Shown one piece after another: positions 25,266-29,781 of a DNA stretch of 29,781 nucleotides; position 1 is the stretch's first letter; each line of letters begins with the position of its first letter. The position numbers and the translations under genes are program-made. The notes beneath the pieces were generated by a model. That model did not search any database, was not told where the DNA came from, and worked only from the letters and a program-made list of their open reading frames with translations. This stretch comes from Gemmatimonadales bacterium. GTDB lineage: Bacteria > Gemmatimonadota > Gemmatimonadetes > Gemmatimonadales > GWC2-71-9. Location of the stretch: positions 1 through 29,781 of the forward strand of contig JBFJCP010000041.1 in the NCBI GenBank assembly GCA_041615815.1, written 5' to 3'.

Positions 25266-26077
25266 TAGAAACTCCCTGACGCGCCGCCGCCGCTGAAGCC
25301 TCCGCCGCCTCCGAATCCCCCAAAGCCTCCACCGCCGAATCCGCCTCCGCCCCAACCGCCTCCCCTCCGGCCTCCTCCACCGCTGCTCATGGCCGCCGCC
25401 CACAACAGCCATCCGAGCATATCGCCACGCCGGCGTCGGCGCCCGCGATGGCCGCCGCCACCACCGCCGCCCCGGGCGAGGAGCGCGAACAGAATGATGA
25501 ACAGCACGACCGCGACCATGAAACCGCCGGGTGCGGTCTCCCGGCCCGATTCCACCGACACTCGCACCGAGGGCTGGCCAGTGAGTTCGAACTCGAACTC
25601 CTCGGCGTAGGCGACGCCCAACAGTTGCACGCCGCCCACGAGTCCTTTGGCGTAACTGCCGTACTCCACGGACGCCCGGCCGATGGCATCCCGGATGCGT
25701 CCGGCGCGCGCGTCGGTTATGAAGCCCTCCGCACCCGAGCCTGTGGCGATGGCGAGCTGTGCCCGCCCGTCGCCCGGCCGCTCCCCCGGGACCAACAGCA
25801 ACACCACGCCCGCGTTACGGGCGCGGTCACCTGGCCCGCCTCGTGCTCCCACACCCCATTCACGCCCAATGTCCCGTGCAACGTCGATCGCTGCACGCCC
25901 TTCCAAATCGCGAAGGGTCACGACGGCGATCTCCCCCCCCGATTTCTGACGCACCTCCTCGATCACCCCCAGCATTTCCCGTTGCGAGGCGGTGTCGATG
26001 ATTCCCGCAAAATCGTTCACGAAGCCCACCGGGGCGGGGAACTGGAGCTGCAGGAGAAGCAGGACGACGGTCGGCAT
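25265..26077 (-). CDS. TPM (TLP18.3/Psb32/MOLO-1; YgcG-like) domain membrane protein with Gly-rich tail
   Basis: GFVNDFAGII, EIAVVT, WGVG, NAGVVLLL, GAEGFITD, one TM, GGFGGFGGGGGFSGGGASGSF end. Confidence 0.9.
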   Translation of the reverse strand: MPTVVLLLLQLQFPAPVGFVNDFAGIIDTASQREMLGVIEEVRQKSGGEIAVVTLRDLEGRAAIDVARDIGREWGVGARGGPGDRARNAGVVLLLVPGERPGDGRAQLAIATGSGAEGFITDARAGRIRDAIGRASVEYGSYAKGLVGGVQLLGVAYAEEFEFELTGQPSVRVSVESGRETAPGGFMVAVVLFIILFALLARGGGGGGGHRGRRRRRGDMLGWLLWAAAMSSGGGGRRGGGWGGGGFGGGGFGGFGGGGGFSGGGASGSF

Positions 26078-26141
26078 AGCGGCCGAAAGATAATCAGACG
26101 ATCGGCACGCCTCGGCGGATCCCGCTGGCGCGGGAGGCTGC

Positions 26142-27185
26142 CTACGTCAACAGCGCCCGTCGGAGACGAGGATGTGGCCGCCGCCGGTCCAGCCGGTTCA
26201 ACCCCAAGTGGCGGGCCATCCGCGTGGCCTCTGCGAACTCCCGCGAGGTGAGACGGCGGTTGATCTCGGGATGCGCGTTGGCGGAGACCTTGCCAGCGGG
26301 ATAATACTGATCCATCAAATTGACATACGTACCCGGTCCGAGTTCTCGTGCGATCCATTGCAGAATCGCCGCCGTTTCGTCGAGACAACCGGGCATCACG
26401 AGATGGCGGATCAGCAACCCACGACGAGCGATTCCATCGACATCCAGGACCAGATCGCCGACTTGCCGATACATCGCCAGGATCGCTGCCTTCGCCGCGG
26501 CGGGGTAATCCTCCGCTTTCAGGTAGCTGCGGCTGCGATCGGTGGACCAGTACTTGAAGTCGGGCATGTAGATATCGACCAGGCCGTCCATCAACGCGAC
26601 GCTGTCGAGCGCGTCATAGGCACTGGTGTTGTAGACCACTGGGAGATCCAACCCGAGCTCGATCGCGACGGCGAGCGCCTCGACCACTTGCGGCACGACG
26701 TGCTCCGGCGTGACGAAGTTGATGTTGTGGCAGCCACGCCCTTGAAGATCGAGCATCATCCGTGCGATGTCCTGCGGCGGCGATCCCTCAATGCCGGCGG
26801 CTGGGCGGATCGCCTGGCTGATGTCGAAATTCTGACAAAAGACACACCGCAGATTACAGTGCGAGAAGAAGATGGTACCGGAGCCGTTCCATCCCCGAAG
26901 GCAATCCTCTTCGCCGAAGTGCGGGAAATAACTTCCCACGACGGCGTAACGGCCCGTCTTACAGGCGGACCATCGATTGGCGAGGCGATCCACCCCACAA
27001 TCGCGCGGACACGCCCGACAGTCGGCAAGCGACGTGAGCGCTCGCTCGACGCGCTCGGACAGCTCGTGCCGTGATAGATAGCGATAGGCCGGGCGGAGGG
27101 TTGGTGGCAGCGTGCTGTCCTCTCCAATCGAGATATCCGAAAGATAACGGGACAGCGAGGTCCCTTGACCGATGGGCCGCCCCAA
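26142..27185 (-). CDS. Radical SAM protein, PflX-like (start uncertain, probably further in)
   Basis: CRACPRDC, HFGEEDCL.G..GSGTIFF, CNLRCVFCQN (CxxxCxxC), GCHNINFVTP, DIYMPDFKY, RHLVMPG. Confidence 0.88.
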   Translation of the reverse strand: MGRPIGQGTSLSRYLSDISIGEDSTLPPTLRPAYRYLSRHELSERVERALTSLADCRACPRDCGVDRLANRWSACKTGRYAVVGSYFPHFGEEDCLRGWNGSGTIFFSHCNLRCVFCQNFDISQAIRPAAGIEGSPPQDIARMMLDLQGRGCHNINFVTPEHVVPQVVEALAVAIELGLDLPVVYNTSAYDALDSVALMDGLVDIYMPDFKYWSTDRSRSYLKAEDYPAAAKAAILAMYRQVGDLVLDVDGIARRGLLIRHLVMPGCLDETAAILQWIARELGPGTYVNLMDQYYPAGKVSANAHPEINRRLTSREFAEATRMARHLGLNRLDRRRPHPRLRRALLT

Positions 27186-27389
27186 AACCGCGCCGTTTCC
27201 CGAGGACGTCGCGGTTGTCGAGGTGCTGGTCCCGCCGGCGGAGCGGTGTCTCTACCCCGAGAGATCCGCTGGTCGCAATCGGGTCGTCGTGTCACGATCA
27301 GGGCCGGCTCCCTACGGCGTTTGCCCGAGGCGCCGGTCCTCCGCTAGCTTTCCCGCCACCGACGTCGCCGCATCAAGCGAGGGAGCGAC

Positions 27390-27980
27390 ATGACCAAGGA
27401 GGGAAGCCCATTCGTCACCGGAGGGGGCGGCGACCGCCGGGCATTCTTTCGGGACACTCTGGGACGACTCGCTCAAGAGGTCACACAACGCGCGGAGCGG
27501 CGGGTAGCGCCGAAGGTGTTCTTTCGCCCACCCGGCGCACTGGACGAGCTCGCGTTCCTGACGGCGTGTACTCGGTGCGAGGATTGCATGAAGGCGTGTC
27601 CCGCAGACGCGATCATCAAGGCGCCGACAGGTGCCGGGTTCTCCGTCGGCACGCCGATCATCGATCCGGCGGCGCAACCGTGCATCGTTTGTCCTGACAT
27701 GCCGTGCGCGCAAGTTTGCCCCACGGGAGCGCTCCAAGCGCCACCCCACCTGTGGCGCGGGTACCGGCTGGGTCGTTTGGAATTGTTACCCGAACGCTGT
27801 ATCGCGTTCGACAAGGTCGAATGCGGTGTGTGTGCGCGAGCTTGTCCGATAGGTGAGCAGGCGCTGCGGCTCGATGACCAGGGGTGTCCGGTCATTCATG
27901 TCGAAGGATGCGTGGGGTGCGGAGTCTGCGTGAAGGCGTGCGTGACGAGCCCCCCGTCGCTCGAACTCCATCTCACCTAG
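27390..27980 (+). CDS. NapF/MauM/NapG-like 4x[4Fe-4S] ferredoxin
   Basis: RRAFF, RPPGA, CTRCEDCMKACP, CIVCPDMPCAQVCP, CGVCARACP, CVGCGVCVKAC. Confidence 0.85.
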   Translation: MTKEGSPFVTGGGGDRRAFFRDTLGRLAQEVTQRAERRVAPKVFFRPPGALDELAFLTACTRCEDCMKACPADAIIKAPTGAGFSVGTPIIDPAAQPCIVCPDMPCAQVCPTGALQAPPHLWRGYRLGRLELLPERCIAFDKVECGVCARACPIGEQALRLDDQGCPVIHVEGCVGCGVCVKACVTSPPSLELHLT

Positions 27981-27995
27981 CAGAGAGAATCAGAC

Positions 27996-28361
27996 GTGGG
28001 ATCGACCAAGGCGGTCGAGGTGCCGTATCGAGTGGAGAAGCCATGGGGCTACGAGCTGATCTGGGCCCGGACCAATCGGTACGTGGGGAAGATCCTCCAC
28101 ATCGAGGCGGGGCACCTCTTGAGCTTGCAGTACCACGAGAAGAAAGATGAAACGATCCACGTCTTACGGGGACAGATCATCTTTCGGGTGCGGGAAAACG
28201 ATGAGCTCGTGGAACGCTCGATGGGCGAAGGGGAGAGCTATCACGTCACCCCCGGTACGGTGCACCAGATGGAAGCCGTGACGACCAGCGATCTGCTGGA
28301 AGTGTCGACGCCCGAGGTGGACGACGTCGTGCGCCTTGAAGATCGGTACGGACGGGTATGA
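27996..28361 (+). CDS. Cupin domain protein (mannose-6-phosphate isomerase type II C-terminal-like)
   Basis: VEKPWGYE, LSLQYHEKKDET, PGTVHQM, EVSTPEVDDVVRLEDRYGR. Confidence 0.85.
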   Translation: MGSTKAVEVPYRVEKPWGYELIWARTNRYVGKILHIEAGHLLSLQYHEKKDETIHVLRGQIIFRVRENDELVERSMGEGESYHVTPGTVHQMEAVTTSDLLEVSTPEVDDVVRLEDRYGRV

Positions 28362-28425
28362 TCCGCGTGTTCAGCTGGGCGGACCGAAACCCTCAACGAT
28401 ATCTCGAGCCTAGTGGTGAGTCCCG

Positions 28426-29409
28426 ATGAAGGTCATTCTGCCCGTTGCGGGGAAAGGCACACGACTCCTCCCGATTACCCGTCATGTCCCAAAACCCTTG
28501 GTTCGGGTGGCCGGTCGGACCGTGTTGGATTATGTGATCGACACGCTCTCGGGACTCGACGTCGAGGAATTGATCTTCATCACGGGACATCTCAAGGACG
28601 CCGTGGAAGCGTACGCTCGGTCCGAGTACGATCTGCCCTCTCGTTTTGTCGAGCAACGAGTGCAAGACGGAACGGCGGGGGCGGTCAACCTTGCCCGTCC
28701 GTATGTTCAGGGGCCCGTATTGATTGTGTTCGTGGACACGGTGTTCGATGCCGACTTGTCGGTGATTCGCCACGCAGACGCCGATGGGATCCTCTGGGTC
28801 AAGGAGGTCGAGGACTATCAGCGGTTCGGTGTCGTGGTCACCGATGAGAACGGTTACATGCAGCGAATCGTCGAAAAACCCTCTGAGCCAGTTTCTCGCC
28901 TTGCCAACATTGGCCTGTACTACATCAGAGACTGGGAGGCCCTATTTCGAGGGATCGACTGGGCGCTGGCACGGCCGCAGCTGAAGGGAGAGTGGTACCT
29001 GACCGACGCGTTCCAGTACATGATCGATCATGGCCGCCGGATCCTGGCGGCGCCGGTGAAGGGCTGGTACGACTGCGGCAAAGTGGATACCGTGCTGTCC
29101 ACCAACCGCCATCTGCTCGAGAACCGGCGCAGCCGCCCCCCGGCCCCGAGCGAAGGGGTCACCGTGGATGGACCCGTCTACGTCGCCGACGGCGTCCGAC
29201 TGCACTCGAGCACCATTGGTCCCAACGTCTCGATCGATGAAGGTGCCGTCGTGTCCGACAGCACTCTGCGGGACGTCATTGTGGGACGAAACGCCCGGGT
29301 CACCCGATGTACCGTTGAGCATTCCATGATCGGCGACGATGTCGCATTGACCGATCAGCGTCTGACGAACATGGTGGTGGCCAAGGACGCGATGGCTGAA
29401 GCGCCGTGA
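28426..29409 (+). CDS. Sugar-phosphate nucleotidyltransferase (glucose-1-phosphate thymidylyltransferase-like) with left-handed beta-helix tail
   Basis: ILPVAGKGTRLLPIT..PKPL, IVEKP, WYDCG and hexapeptide-like repeats. Confidence 0.9.
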   Translation: MKVILPVAGKGTRLLPITRHVPKPLVRVAGRTVLDYVIDTLSGLDVEELIFITGHLKDAVEAYARSEYDLPSRFVEQRVQDGTAGAVNLARPYVQGPVLIVFVDTVFDADLSVIRHADADGILWVKEVEDYQRFGVVVTDENGYMQRIVEKPSEPVSRLANIGLYYIRDWEALFRGIDWALARPQLKGEWYLTDAFQYMIDHGRRILAAPVKGWYDCGKVDTVLSTNRHLLENRRSRPPAPSEGVTVDGPVYVADGVRLHSSTIGPNVSIDEGAVVSDSTLRDVIVGRNARVTRCTVEHSMIGDDVALTDQRLTNMVVAKDAMAEAP

Positions 29410-29437
29410 ACGGCTCTCCCAGTTTTCTCGGTAACGC

Positions 29438-29466
29438 TTGACGCAGTTTCCCGCCCCGGTCATCCT
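29438..29466 (+). promoter_or_regulatory. Sigma70-like promoter giving a probable leaderless mRNA
   Basis: TTGACG-17-CATCCT, with ATG 6 nt downstream and no SD. Confidence 0.5.
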
Positions 29467-29472
29467 TCGGCC

Positions 29473-29781
29473 ATGAAGGAAACCGAACTCATTCACGACT
29501 GGAATGCCATCGACGGTTTCGACTGGGCCCACGCCCGCGTCGATCTCAATGACGAAACACTTCGTGACGGCCTGCAGTCACCGTCAGCCGTCGACCCGCC
29601 CATCGAGGTCAAGAAAGAACTGCTCCACCTCATGGCCGACGTTGGTATCGTGGCGGCGGACCTCGGGCTCCCCGGGGCTGGACCCCATGTCGTCGAATCC
29701 GTGCGGGCGCTCGCGCGCGAGATAGCCGATGCCGGACTACCGATCGCACCCAACTGCGCCGCGCGTACCGTGGTCGCCGAC
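29473..29781 (+). CDS. LeuA-family (DRE-TIM; isopropylmalate/homocitrate/citramalate synthase-like) protein, 3'-partial
   Basis: Absent from the ORF track. My translation reads MKETELIHDWN...NDETLRDGLQSP...DLGLPGAGP...PNCAARTVVAD. Confidence 0.85.
   Translation, partial: MKETELIHDWNAIDGFDWAHARVDLNDETLRDGLQSPSAVDPPIEVKKELLHLMADVGIVAADLGLPGAGPHVVESVRALAREIADAGLPIAPNCAARTVVAD

Noticed and set aside
25270..25470. ccgccg/cctccg low-complexity repeats
   Set aside because: Explained by the Gly-rich tail of the TPM protein.
27172..27393. 73-aa ORF overlapping the ferredoxin start (ATGA)
   Set aside because: No recognisable motif or convincing RBS, and it lies in a divergent promoter region. It cannot be fully excluded.

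Overview
GC-rich bacterial chromosomal window. Gene content and protein style suggest Gemmatimonadota or a related FCB-group lineage (inference, no marker gene present). The left part holds a partial SARP/BTAD-AAA regulator, a Nudix hydrolase and a hypothetical gene. Next comes a block of mostly exported proteins: S9 peptidase, DinB, M20/M28 peptidase, a diheme cytochrome c-TPR protein and two translationally coupled beta-propeller/amidohydrolase paralogs. The middle holds an autoregulated MarR-SRPBCC pair, a tiny P/Q/G/K-repeat protein behind a structured terminator-containing leader, mtgA and an orphan MoxR. An F0+delta-only atp operon follows, with a Rex/CRP-like box over its promoter. The right part holds a co-oriented radical SAM/TPM/NTase-fold/LemA/GGDEF run, a NapF-like ferredoxin, a cupin, a sugar nucleotidyltransferase and a partial LeuA-family gene. 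I saw no mobile element, CRISPR array, tRNA or rRNA. The most notable signals are dense D-(S/T)-hydrophobic motif patches and +1 Gln in exported proteins (a Bacteroidota-like modification code), the leader/terminator element at 16.9-17.1 kb, and a shared short LVQEA leader on AtpE and AtpF.
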